Positions 17,224 to 26,645 of a DNA stretch of 64,000 nucleotides are shown here, one piece after another. Source of the stretch: Candidatus Riflebacteria bacterium HGW-Riflebacteria-1 (lineage in GTDB: Bacteria > Muiribacteriota > Ozemobacteria > Ozemobacterales > Ozemobacteraceae); contig PGYB01000006.1 in assembly GCA_002839445.1 (NCBI GenBank), positions 64,001 to 128,000 of the forward strand, in the 5' to 3' direction. The translations under genes and the position numbers were made by a program. The notes under the pieces are model-generated. The model was not told where the DNA came from. It was given only the letters and a program-made list of their open reading frames with translations, and ran no database searches. Every line of letters starts with the position of its first letter. Within the stretch, counting starts at the first letter, position 1.

Positions 17224-17820
17224 CTAATATTCAAAGCGCAATAAATTGTTAACAACACGAAATTCTGCAGTTGCGATGCGCTCGTAGATGCCGCGTTTGA
17301 GATAATATGGGTTCCAGCCAAAAATGAGCGAAGTTACTGCCTCCCAGATCGCTACCCAGGCGGCAACAACCACACCCTCCTGAAATATTTTCTTCCAGAG
17401 TTCGATCTCTGGCGTATCGGGCAGCTTATACAGGTAGACCATGGTGAACAGGACTACGCCAAGAAGCCCAAGCAGGCTGAATTTGCGCATTTCCTTGCGC
17501 AAATTGCGATTCTCGATCTGGTAAAGATAAGAAAAGTAATTGGCCACCGCTTTGCGCAAGATGTTTTCCTGCAGCATATTGTATTCCTGATCGATAGATA
17601 CTCTTATCAGAAACTCGCTGTCGCCTACTTCCTTGACGCTGTCTATGATGTAATCGACAAAGTCCTGGTCGAGTTCGCGTTTAACAAAAGTGGCCTTTTT
17701 GTCAAAGCTGTTAAACAGGTCATTCATTGACTCAACGCTGATGTCAATAATGGCCTTGCCATCTTTGGTAAATTCATACCGGTTTTCAAGAAGCCCCTGT
17801 TCCATAATCTCCAGCCTCAC
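17224..17820 (-). CDS. Hypothetical protein with a C-terminal membrane segment
   Basis: ORF with coding-like composition and a hydrophobic stretch LLGLLGVVLFTMVYLY. It is co-directional with its neighbours. Confidence 0.45.
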   Translation of the reverse strand: MRLEIMEQGLLENRYEFTKDGKAIIDISVESMNDLFNSFDKKATFVKRELDQDFVDYIIDSVKEVGDSEFLIRVSIDQEYNMLQENILRKAVANYFSYLYQIENRNLRKEMRKFSLLGLLGVVLFTMVYLYKLPDTPEIELWKKIFQEGVVVAAWVAIWEAVTSLIFGWNPYYLKRGIYERIATAEFRVVNNLLRFEY

Positions 17821-17898
17821 GAAATGCTATTGCGGGCAAACAAAGCTAATATATTCAAAAATGCAGTTCTGGCGACTACAATTTAGCAGACGCCCATT

Positions 17899-18261
17899 CT
17901 ATTGACGGTTAAGAATGCTTTTGGCGCGGTAGATCGACCCGAGATTATAGACATTGGCATACTGCCTGCCGCGAAGAATTCTGCGAGCCAGCGCTGATCT
18001 GGTGCCGCTGAGGCAGTAAACCAGCAAAGCCTGCTGCCGGTCAGGCGCAACACTTGTGATTTTTTCACCGAGCTGGTCAAGTGGAACATTGATTGCATCT
18101 TCAACATGGCCGGCGGCATATTCTTCAGCGCTGCGAACGTCGATAATGACAGCACCGGCATCTTTGAGCTCGCGCGCTTTCTGAGGGCTGATCTGACCCA
18201 GTCGTTTGAGCAGAAAAAAAATAATTATTGCCGCGATAATGATTAATTGTGAGTTTTCCAT
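17899..18261 (-). CDS. Rhodanese-domain sulfurtransferase with an N-terminal membrane anchor
   Basis: IIDVRSAEEYAAGHVEDAINVP...YCLSGTRS active-site Cys loop. Confidence 0.75.
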   Translation of the reverse strand: MENSQLIIIAAIIIFFLLKRLGQISPQKARELKDAGAVIIDVRSAEEYAAGHVEDAINVPLDQLGEKITSVAPDRQQALLVYCLSGTRSALARRILRGRQYANVYNLGSIYRAKSILNRQ

Positions 18262-18293
18262 ATTTTATCCATTTGTATCAGAAACGGTGAGCG

Positions 18294-21200
18294 TCAACTG
18301 AATGAGCCGTAGGCATGGTCTATTTCGACCTCACCGGACTCGAGCACTCTTGAGTCTTCAATGTTGTGGTAAACCAGAAAGATGCCCTGGCGGCCGTCCA
18401 TAACGACACCGAGCTTGTTCGAAAGTCGGGAGTGGGTGAAATACTTGTGCCGCTTAACCACCGGCTGGCTGCGCAGCCAGTTCCAGTCTATAAAGCCCTC
18501 GCCGGAGTCCTGGCGAACAGAGAAATAACCGATACCCATGGTGGTGACATTATGAAAGAAATGTGAACCCATCGAGGGGTCAACCCTGAAGCCTTCGAGC
18601 GAATACTCAATTATTACCTTGGCATAAGAAGTCTGTGGCCAGGTCACCGGAATGCCGAGCCAGCGATCGCGAGTGCCCCAGCGTCCGGGTCCGAGAAGAA
18701 TGTATTTTCTGCCGGCTTCTTTGTGCTCAAGGTTAAACGCCTCTACTTCGCGTGCCATCTCTTCGGTCTGTGACTTGTCGAAAAGATCAGGATCGATCCA
18801 GACGATGTCGCTGATCTCGTCGATACGGCCGTTACCCATGCCAGAATCAGCGTAGAGCATCAGTTTGTCTTTTTCGATACAGCTCTTATCGATGTTGAAA
18901 TCTTCGCTTTCTCGCAGCATATGTTTGAGTTGCAACAGATAGAACACCGGCTTGTCAAGGTTCTCAGCATCAACGTCTACGGCAAATTCAATCTCTACAG
19001 GAGTTTCGAGAGCTTCTTCTGAAACATTAAGAATATGCTTGATCGTTTTTGCAAGAGGTATTGATTCATACTGCAGAATATTGGCAAAATTGATCACCCT
19101 TGGGCCGCGCATCTGAAGACCAACGTCAAGGCGTTGTTCAAGATGACTCCATGTCGATACTACCTCTTGCAGAGTTCCGTCGGCTTCGGCTGCCGAAATA
19201 TCGAGCTTGACCAGCGTTGCGTCTTCGCCATTAAACAGATCAACTGTGTTCTTTTCGAGGTCGAGAACGGTAAAACGGCGCTGCGAGTTTTTGACCAGCT
19301 CTTCCGGGGTGAGAATCTCTAGTTTGGGAAAAGTCGGGCAGAATCTGAACGATCTTTCGCCACCGACGACATTGCGCCCCAACCCCAGCACCAGCATGCC
19401 AACCCCATCTTCGGGTTGAATGTACGAAAACGGATAGTAGTTAAACGATTGACCGACACCCGAAATCTGCGGGTAAAAATTATGACCGTGCCGTCGCCCG
19501 ACGATCTGTTGAATAACAACCGCCATCTTTTCTTCTTCGATGTTGTAGTTGATCGCGTCGAAATATTCGCGGGCTTCTTTTGAATATACCGAGGCGTATA
19601 CCAGCTTTATTGCCTCTTCAAGCTGCTTGAGGCGCACTTCTGCATCAGGATGATTGTTCGGTATGAAAAAGGTTTCATAAAGGCCTGACATCGAATGCGA
19701 AACCGAGTCTTCCAGTACTCCTGATGAGCGTATGGCCAGCGGGTAAGTAACCTTCTGCAAGACAATGCGCAGGCGATTGAGTATTTTCTCAGACAGTCGG
19801 CTTGCAATGAAGCGGCGTTTGATCGTCGCGTAATCGCGCTCAGACGAGACAAAATCGGCAAGATCGTTGGTCGTGATAAAATTGGTGAATTCATCGACAC
19901 CGATTATAAAGGTCTCAGGTATTCTGACCACGATGTCTGATACCGCTTCAAGCATCGACGAATTATAAAGCAGATAATTCATAAAAGCGATGCCACGACC
20001 TTTGCCGCCAATGGCGCCCTCGGCCAGTTTGCAGATGTGATGCCGGTTGTCGCCAATAAATGATTTATCAAAAGAGATAACCTTGCCGCGGGTCTTCATT
20101 CTGAACACCCAGTTACCCATGTTGATCAAAAAGTCGCGCAGTGACTCGACTTCATCAAATTCAGCAACATGAATACGTGACACAACCTTGGCAATCTGCA
20201 CCTCTCCGCGCGCCAGCAGCCAGGTCGAAAAGTTATTGCGACTGGCATGATACTCAATCGACTCAGCCGGTACAATGCGCAGACAATTGCGAAAATCGCC
20301 CATAGTGCGCGCTCGCGTAATTTCCTGACCCTGTGCGTTTCTGAATACGAAATCGCCAAAACCGAGATTCCGGTAGAAAAATTTAGACAGGCGTTTGGAA
20401 AGGAATTGCGATTCTTTGTGAACAAACGAGGCTCCGATGCGGTTCGCAGCCGATTCAATTTCTGGTTCGGAAGACTGTAGCAGAATTGGCAGGTCTGGTT
20501 GCAGCTCTTTAAGTTTCTTGGCCAGTTTTATACCGGCTTTTTCATCCAATATCCCGTCTTTTTTGTATTTAACATCAGAAATAACGCAGAGCAGGTATTC
20601 TTTATAATGTTCATACTGCTTCATGGCTTCTTCAAAATTTGTTGCCAGGATGATCTTGGGGCGACAACGCATGCGTAATACTTTTTTGCTTTCTTCCTGA
20701 AGCTCTTCTTCGACAAGTTTGGTCGTCTGCCGGATCAGCTCAGAATATAGATGTGGCAGATAGCGTGAATAGTAGCGTATCGAGTCTTCAACAAGCAGTA
20801 TAATGCGCACCTGAGCGATTGCCGTGTCTTTATCTGCATTGCGCCGGTCTTCAATATATTTGATCATCGCCAGAAAGATTTCTGAGTTGCCGTTCCAGAC
20901 AAAAACGTTGTCGTAATGCAACCAGAGATCACCCCGGTTATCAAGCGACTCCAGGTCGGTGTTGTCGTTGAGTAAAAGCAGCACAGGCAGGTCAGGCCAG
21001 AGTTCGTGAATTTTCTGTCCGCAATTGATGGTATCAGTTTTGCTCAATCGGCTCAGCACAACCACGAGGTCGAACTTGCGGCGCTCAAGCATCTCGATCG
21101 CCTCATCGGCAGACGTTACGCTGGTAATGCGCGGCGCACTGGTCAGATTGAGATTAAAATATTCACCAAAGATTTTTTCAGCGAGAAGGCCGTCCTGTTC

Positions 21201-21329
21201 TAGGGAAAATGCATCGAATACAGTCGCTACCAGCAGCAGTTCGCGCACTTTAAAGCGCATCAGGTCGTGAAAAATTTCGCTGTCAGACTTGAATTTTTTA
21301 AAGACCTGCATCAGTTCATCGTTGTGCAT
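18294..21329 (-). CDS. Large protein with tandem receiver-like (REC) domains fused to a PEP/pyruvate-utilising (PPDK/PEP-synthase N-terminal, ATP-grasp) domain
   Basis: N-terminal CheY-like segments. Central KLAEGAIGGKGRGIAFMNYLL resembles the GGKGANLAEM nucleotide-binding motif. 1011 aa. Confidence 0.65.
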   Translation of the reverse strand: MHNDELMQVFKKFKSDSEIFHDLMRFKVRELLLVATVFDAFSLEQDGLLAEKIFGEYFNLNLTSAPRITSVTSADEAIEMLERRKFDLVVVLSRLSKTDTINCGQKIHELWPDLPVLLLLNDNTDLESLDNRGDLWLHYDNVFVWNGNSEIFLAMIKYIEDRRNADKDTAIAQVRIILLVEDSIRYYSRYLPHLYSELIRQTTKLVEEELQEESKKVLRMRCRPKIILATNFEEAMKQYEHYKEYLLCVISDVKYKKDGILDEKAGIKLAKKLKELQPDLPILLQSSEPEIESAANRIGASFVHKESQFLSKRLSKFFYRNLGFGDFVFRNAQGQEITRARTMGDFRNCLRIVPAESIEYHASRNNFSTWLLARGEVQIAKVVSRIHVAEFDEVESLRDFLINMGNWVFRMKTRGKVISFDKSFIGDNRHHICKLAEGAIGGKGRGIAFMNYLLYNSSMLEAVSDIVVRIPETFIIGVDEFTNFITTNDLADFVSSERDYATIKRRFIASRLSEKILNRLRIVLQKVTYPLAIRSSGVLEDSVSHSMSGLYETFFIPNNHPDAEVRLKQLEEAIKLVYASVYSKEAREYFDAINYNIEEEKMAVVIQQIVGRRHGHNFYPQISGVGQSFNYYPFSYIQPEDGVGMLVLGLGRNVVGGERSFRFCPTFPKLEILTPEELVKNSQRRFTVLDLEKNTVDLFNGEDATLVKLDISAAEADGTLQEVVSTWSHLEQRLDVGLQMRGPRVINFANILQYESIPLAKTIKHILNVSEEALETPVEIEFAVDVDAENLDKPVFYLLQLKHMLRESEDFNIDKSCIEKDKLMLYADSGMGNGRIDEISDIVWIDPDLFDKSQTEEMAREVEAFNLEHKEAGRKYILLGPGRWGTRDRWLGIPVTWPQTSYAKVIIEYSLEGFRVDPSMGSHFFHNVTTMGIGYFSVRQDSGEGFIDWNWLRSQPVVKRHKYFTHSRLSNKLGVVMDGRQGIFLVYHNIEDSRVLESGEVEIDHAYGSFS

Positions 21330-21462
21330 CTATGTCTCCGAATGTGTTGTGTCGCATGATTATAGCAGACTCTCGACCACATTGCCGTATTTTTTTAAAT
21401 GGGAGGTTGCGACTTGTTGCCAGTGTGTTATAATAATGCATTATCATCCACGGAGGTCGCTC

Positions 21463-22131
21463 ATGAAATTGTTTAAAAGTATTTTTGCCTTTACTCTGGT
21501 AATAAGCATCCTGTTCTCTGCTGGCAGCGTGTTCGCAGCAACAGAAGACAATAAGACAGTAACAAATTTGTCGAAGGCTTATGAATCCTGGAAAAATCAG
21601 GGCATCAAGTATGTTGTTCGCGATAGCAAAGGCCAGTTTGTAAACTGGGCATATGGTCGCCTCGAATCCTGGGATACCAGATCCACATGGGTTGTAAGAG
21701 ATCCCAAAGGCCGCTTTTTGACCAAAGCTAACGGCAGCGTAGAAAACTGGAAAAACGGCCAGACCCGCCTCGTATTGCGCGACAAAAAAGGCCGCATGCT
21801 CACCCACGTGAACATCAGTCTGACTGAAAAATCAAGCTTTGCCGCTACAGTTGTTGGCCTGCGTCACCTCAAAAACGACAAGTTTCTCGCTTTCGTTCAA
21901 GACAGTATTGCCGACATCATAATTGCCGAACTCAAATCAGGGTTCAACACCAAAGCCAGCGTTCTGGTCAAATATCTCGACAAATACAAAAACGACAAGG
22001 GTACCGAGAACTTCAAACCGGTTCTGCGCAAAATCATTCCGGTTCTTGTTTTCATGTCGAATGACAAGCCAAACGATCTTAAAACCAAGAGCATCGTAGC
22101 AGATGCAAGAAAATTGCTGACAGAGCTCTAA
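21463..22131 (+). CDS. Secreted protein with three ~20-aa internal repeats (VVRDxKGxF...W)
   Basis: GGAGGT RBS. Signal peptide MKLFKSIFAFTLVISILFSAGSVFA. Repeats VVRDSKGQFVNWAYGRLESW, VVRDPKGRFLTKANGSVENW and LVLRDKKGRML. Confidence 0.55.
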   Translation: MKLFKSIFAFTLVISILFSAGSVFAATEDNKTVTNLSKAYESWKNQGIKYVVRDSKGQFVNWAYGRLESWDTRSTWVVRDPKGRFLTKANGSVENWKNGQTRLVLRDKKGRMLTHVNISLTEKSSFAATVVGLRHLKNDKFLAFVQDSIADIIIAELKSGFNTKASVLVKYLDKYKNDKGTENFKPVLRKIIPVLVFMSNDKPNDLKTKSIVADARKLLTEL

Positions 22132-22147
22132 TTCAACGTTTTCCCAA

Positions 22148-22181
22148 AAAAAAGCCTCCTACGTGGAGGCTTTTTTTTTAT
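22148..22181. terminator. Rho-independent terminator (bidirectional)
   Basis: aaaaaaaagcctcc-tacgt-ggaggcttttttttt, a perfect GC-rich stem between an A-run and a T-run. Confidence 0.75.
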
Positions 22182-22253
22182 TTATGCTAATAAAATCCAA
22201 CAAAGCAAACGAAGTATGTACCGTTAATTGAATCAACTTTCATAAGCAGGAAA

Positions 22254-22841
22254 ATGAGCAACAAAACTCATAAAAAGAGCAGTATCTTCTCTCTGCTGAG
22301 TGCTGGCGCATCAACGCGCTATTCGGCTCTAGCCTTTATTTTAGGCGGGGTTGTGCTGTTTATTGTTCTCTGGCACTACAAAGCGCCAATCAAGCTGATG
22401 GCGAAAGACGCAGTCGAAAACTTCGGCTACCCTGCCCTGTTTCTGTTGTGCTGGGCTGCTGATGTGATTATTCAGCCAATACCGGCTGATGTAATTGTTT
22501 TCGGCACAGCATTTGGCGGCGCTGACATCTGGAAGACTGCTTTTATAGCAGGTCTTTCCAGCGGGTTTGGTGGATTCACCGGCTATTTTATCGGTAAGCT
22601 TTTTGGGCCATGGCGGTTTCGCCGGCTTTTTGGGTCAAAACTTCTGCGCAGCGGCCGCGACCTTTTCAGAGATCATGGTGCTCTGGCTATTTTTGTGGCC
22701 GGGGTTACCCCGATACCTTATTCGGCCGTGTGCTGGATCGGTGGAATCTACCGCATGTCCCTCGTTAAAGTTGTCCTCGCCAGCTGGATAAGCCGAACCC
22801 TGCGTTACTTCGCAGTTGCCTGGCTGGCAAACATGTTCTAA
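22254..22841 (+). CDS. DedA/VTT-domain (YqaA-like) membrane protein
   Basis: Hydrophobic profile and Gly-rich motifs (FGGFTGYFIGKLFG) typical of the SNARE-associated/DedA family. Confidence 0.5.
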   Translation: MSNKTHKKSSIFSLLSAGASTRYSALAFILGGVVLFIVLWHYKAPIKLMAKDAVENFGYPALFLLCWAADVIIQPIPADVIVFGTAFGGADIWKTAFIAGLSSGFGGFTGYFIGKLFGPWRFRRLFGSKLLRSGRDLFRDHGALAIFVAGVTPIPYSAVCWIGGIYRMSLVKVVLASWISRTLRYFAVAWLANMF

Positions 22842-22854
22842 CGGAAAACTAATA

Positions 22855-23526
22855 ATGCGACAAACAGTTACACTACTTGGCGATTACTTCTACTACTCGT
22901 TTGTCTTGATATCTCTGGTGACTGTTCTGGCTGTATTGTTTACACCAGCACGTGACTTTGTGATTGCCGACTTTTATCGCCAGCTTGATACAAATGGACA
23001 AAAACGCGCGCTGGCAGCATTTGACGAAAAGCTCGACAATATCGGCCTCACTCGCGCCGAATTCAGCCCGCAGATTCTTATTCGCAAACGTAATCGCGAA
23101 ATGCTGGTTCTATCAGACGACCTCATCGTCGCCTCATACCCGGTAAGTCTGGGTCGCGCACCCCTCGGCATCAAGCTGCGCGGCAACGACATGAAAACAC
23201 CAGAAGGACAGTATTACATCTGCACCAAGATCGAAGGACACCGTTATCATCTTTTCCTGCAGATCAACTACCCGTCGCCAGACGATGCCAAACGCGGTGC
23301 AGTTCAGCAGATTATCAGGCCAGGTGAAGAAGCCAGGATAGAAGCGGCCTGGCAGCAGACACAACCCCCGCCCACCGACACCGCCCTTGGCGGACCTGTC
23401 GGCATACACGGTTTTGGCGCTGAAACGAACTGGACCACCGATGGCAGTATCGGTCTGCACAATATTCATATCGAAGAACTTTTCTGGAACATTGCTACTG
23501 GCACGTCAGTAGCGATAATTCCCTGA
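22855..23526 (+). CDS. L,D-transpeptidase-like (YkuD fold) protein with substituted catalytic residues; a probable pseudoenzyme
   Basis: YkuD-like core (YPVSLGR...IHGFG...TTDGSIGLHN) in which the canonical SHGC(I/V)R motif reads TDGSIG. Start is ambiguous between 22816 and 22855. Confidence 0.55.
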   Translation: MRQTVTLLGDYFYYSFVLISLVTVLAVLFTPARDFVIADFYRQLDTNGQKRALAAFDEKLDNIGLTRAEFSPQILIRKRNREMLVLSDDLIVASYPVSLGRAPLGIKLRGNDMKTPEGQYYICTKIEGHRYHLFLQINYPSPDDAKRGAVQQIIRPGEEARIEAAWQQTQPPPTDTALGGPVGIHGFGAETNWTTDGSIGLHNIHIEELFWNIATGTSVAIIP

Positions 23527-23595
23527 CCAGCAAGTTTCTCTTGATTTTACCCGTGTTCAGGACAATATTTATCTGAATGGATAAGGGAGAGAAAC

Positions 23596-25455
23596 ATGCG
23601 CAAAACAACTCTATGCATAATTCTGCTATTTGCCCAGATATGCTGCAGCAATCTCTCAGCCCAGCAACCCGAAATTCCTGTGCCCGGCGACTTCAGAGAT
23701 GAACGTATCTATTCGGTTATAACCAGTCGTTTTTATGATGCTGATGCAGAAAACAACTACTATAACTATGAACGCATCGACAAGGGCGACCCGCATTATC
23801 GTGGCGATTTTAAAGGGTTAGCGCAGAAGCTCGACTACATAAAAGATCTCGGTTTTACAGCAATCTGCATCACGCCTCCGGTTGAAAATCGTGGCGGTTT
23901 GGATTTTATGGGCCTTAACGCCTACGACTGGGAAACCTTCGAGCCGCGCCTGACCTCAAGTGATTTTGCTTATGGCGATCTCATCAGATCTGCCCACAGC
24001 ATTGGCCTCAAGGTCATTCAAACATTGGTGGTAAACCACTGTTCGAATTTTGGTATCCGCAACCACTACTTCATTCCACGACTGCCGCTTAAATTCTACC
24101 GTGGCCCGCTAAAACCGACCTGGCCATATGTCTATAATTTCGGTGACTACAAACATGAGTTTCGCATGAATAACGACAACCCCTGCGCTCCCGACTGGTT
24201 CAAGGATTTTCGCTTTCGTGACCCGTGGGGCGCCGGACCTCTCAAAGACCCGATCACGGGTAAAACTTTCCCAGCAGAAAATCAGCATCCCGAACGCTTC
24301 TTTGGCACTGATGAAAAATATCTACAGTCAGACTGGTTTCACCGTGAAGGTTGGATAAAGGCAGATGAAAACCTGACGGTAGCGCGCGTGCAGCGTGCTC
24401 ATCTTGACCAGAACAGCATTGACCTCGCCAGCGATAACTGGCATATAAAGCGGTTTTTTGCAAAGGTAGTCAAGAAATACATCGACCTCGGTGTCGACGG
24501 TTTGCGCATTCAATATGCCCGCAATTCAGACCGCCAGGATCTTGTACACATGGTCGAACTCTGGCGCAAGTTCAAGCCTGAACTCTATGTGTTTGCCGAT
24601 GTCGCGCCGGCTCTGGATGGCTTTGGCAAGCTGACCGGCGTTGAGCCAACTGAGCTGGTTCCCTGGTGGTATACCCGCAACACACCTAACCCGAACGAAC
24701 CTGATCTGGCTGGCAACTCCGGTATCGCGGTCATGGATTACCCGCTTTTTAAAAGTTTTGCAGCAAATCTTTCTTCTGGTCATTTCAATGGCGTCGGCAA
24801 TATCATCAAAAATGACTGGTTGTATGCTGATCCCAATCAGCTGGTAACCTTTTTTCACAACTATGACAGCGGGCCAGAAACCGGCAATTTAACAAGGTTT
24901 TCGAGCGACCAATGGAAAGCAGCCTGCGCATACAACCTGCTCTGGACCCTCAGAGGCGTGCCGATGCTGCTGATGGGCGAAGAAATTGAATTCATGAAAG
25001 GCATGCCGCAGGTCTGCGTGCTGCCGACCGATGTGCTCTCGCGCACAGGTAAAGCTTATTTCGGCGATAATCTCAGTGACGGCACGATCGCGCAAACAGC
25101 TTCACATGTGCTGGCACAACATATCAGGCGCCTTAACCAGATTCGCGCCGCGGTTCCAGCGCTCAGTCGCGGTCAGCTCGAAAGCGGCAATGAGTTTGTC
25201 TCAGGCATCAGTTTTATCAGAAATTACAATAACGCAGAGAGTTATGCGGTAGTCGGGCTTTCGGCCTTTATCGATCAGGATATCACGGTAACCCGTGTTT
25301 TGCCTGGCGACTACAGCGATGCGGTGACCGGACAGACACAAAGTGTTGCTACCAGCACGCGCACGCTCAGCTTCAGCGTCAAAGGCAATTCCGCTGGCAT
25401 CTGGGTGCGCAATGGCCCTGGCAAAATCGGCGTCGACGGCGAATATCTGCGCTGA
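23596..25455 (+). CDS. Secreted GH13 (alpha-amylase family) protein, possibly non-catalytic
   Basis: Signal peptide. GDFKGLAQKLDYIKDLGFTAICITP and LVVNH (region I). Region II reads VDGLRIQYARN instead of GFRLDAAKH. Region IV is FFHNYD. Confidence 0.7.
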   Translation: MRKTTLCIILLFAQICCSNLSAQQPEIPVPGDFRDERIYSVITSRFYDADAENNYYNYERIDKGDPHYRGDFKGLAQKLDYIKDLGFTAICITPPVENRGGLDFMGLNAYDWETFEPRLTSSDFAYGDLIRSAHSIGLKVIQTLVVNHCSNFGIRNHYFIPRLPLKFYRGPLKPTWPYVYNFGDYKHEFRMNNDNPCAPDWFKDFRFRDPWGAGPLKDPITGKTFPAENQHPERFFGTDEKYLQSDWFHREGWIKADENLTVARVQRAHLDQNSIDLASDNWHIKRFFAKVVKKYIDLGVDGLRIQYARNSDRQDLVHMVELWRKFKPELYVFADVAPALDGFGKLTGVEPTELVPWWYTRNTPNPNEPDLAGNSGIAVMDYPLFKSFAANLSSGHFNGVGNIIKNDWLYADPNQLVTFFHNYDSGPETGNLTRFSSDQWKAACAYNLLWTLRGVPMLLMGEEIEFMKGMPQVCVLPTDVLSRTGKAYFGDNLSDGTIAQTASHVLAQHIRRLNQIRAAVPALSRGQLESGNEFVSGISFIRNYNNAESYAVVGLSAFIDQDITVTRVLPGDYSDAVTGQTQSVATSTRTLSFSVKGNSAGIWVRNGPGKIGVDGEYLR

Positions 25456-25464
25456 GACGCCGAG

Positions 25465-25755
25465 TCAGTCTATACGTGGTTTAAGTTTGACCAGGGTGGC
25501 GCCCCAGTGCCCGGCGTCATGACCGGCAGGTTGCCAGGAGTCGACGATTTCTAGACGCGCCAGTGCGGCTTCAACAGTTCTTCTCAGGTTGCCGATTCCC
25601 TTGCCATGCACAATGCGCACGCTGTATATGTGTTTTTCGCGGCATGACGCAAGATAATCAGCGACAACTGCCGCTGCTTCACGAGGTTGAAAAGTGTGCA
25701 GGTCGAGAGTGCCATCAAGAGGCAACTCTACCGGATCAGGCGGCAGGTTTGTCAT
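25465..25755 (-). CDS. Smr-domain protein
   Basis: LDLHTF...EAAAVVADYL...VRIVHGKGIGNLR Smr signature. Confidence 0.7.
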   Translation of the reverse strand: MTNLPPDPVELPLDGTLDLHTFQPREAAAVVADYLASCREKHIYSVRIVHGKGIGNLRRTVEAALARLEIVDSWQPAGHDAGHWGATLVKLKPRID

Positions 25756-26149
25756 CAATCAGGCTGGCGCGCGCCGGAAGAAGCTCGAAAGGCGTTACGA
25801 TTTTTGCGCCTGCCACGCCGGGCACAATGATCTCGGCTTTTGGGCAGTAGTCGAGAAAGAGCTCGCGACACTTGCCACAGGGTGAAATTACTTCGCCAAT
25901 ACGGTTGACTACTACGAGAGCTTCAATGTCGGTAACGCCTTCTTCGGCGGCATTGGCGAGAGCGACCGCTTCAGCGCAGATTTCGGCACCGGCTATCGAG
26001 GCTTTCAGTTGAAGTCCGGTAAAAATTTTGCCATCTTTCGATTTGACGGCGGCGGCAAAATGATGCCGGTTTTCTTTAAATCTTTGTGAAATCAGCTTTT
26101 TAGCTGTCTCAATGAGATAGAAATGATTCTTTTTCAGCTGGTTAAGCAT
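25736..26149 (-). CDS. Cytidine/deoxycytidylate deaminase family protein
   Basis: CAEAVA and PCGKCRE zinc-binding motifs. Confidence 0.75.
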   Translation of the reverse strand: MLNQLKKNHFYLIETAKKLISQRFKENRHHFAAAVKSKDGKIFTGLQLKASIAGAEICAEAVALANAAEEGVTDIEALVVVNRIGEVISPCGKCRELFLDYCPKAEIIVPGVAGAKIVTPFELLPARASLIDDKPAA

Positions 26150-26164
26150 TTTTATCCTCTTTTC

Positions 26165-26587
26165 TTAAAACTCGCCTTTCAGTTCTTTGGCGAAGAATTC
26201 GCGCTCATCAGCGCCGTAACACACGAGACCGATGCGAACCGAGGTTTTGACCGGCTTGCTGCCCCATGGCCAGAAGGCGCAATACATGCACGCCTGTTCG
26301 CCGATTATCTTGCGGTAAAGCGTCTGTTCTTTGCGAGTTCCACCAACGCCGCGAACAAAACGGTCAAAATAATTCTTGAAGAATGCGCCTTCACCAGCGG
26401 GTTTGTACGGTTTGCCGAAGTATTCTTCAACTTCTGCCGCCAGAGCCAGTATCAGATTAGTGTCTGCCACGCCGCAGTATAACAACGGCTCATCGACATC
26501 GTGATTGGGCTTGATGTTGTATTTTTTTTCGATAATATCGATCAGTTTGAGCGTTTTGCGAATCTCGGGCAGGTAAGTCTTCATAGC
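26165..26587 (-). CDS. Hypothetical protein
   Basis: AGAGGTG RBS before ATG 26587 (MKTYLPEIRK...). The longer form back to 26806 would overlap the upstream gene. Confidence 0.5.
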   Translation of the reverse strand, partial: AMKTYLPEIRKTLKLIDIIEKKYNIKPNHDVDEPLLYCGVADTNLILALAAEVEEYFGKPYKPAGEGAFFKNYFDRFVRGVGGTRKEQTLYRKIIGEQACMYCAFWPWGSKPVKTSVRIGLVCYGADEREFFAKELKGEF

Positions 26588-26645
26588 ACCTCTTGTATTT
26601 AAATGCAGTATATCTGAAAAGCAAAATTTGACGCAATTAAAAAAG

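Noticed and set aside
18366-21270. Many 60-110 aa ORFs inside the 18294..21329 gene, plus 21316..21807(-) and 21597..21815(-)
   Set aside because: Nested in or antisense to long, well-supported genes. No RBS or motifs.
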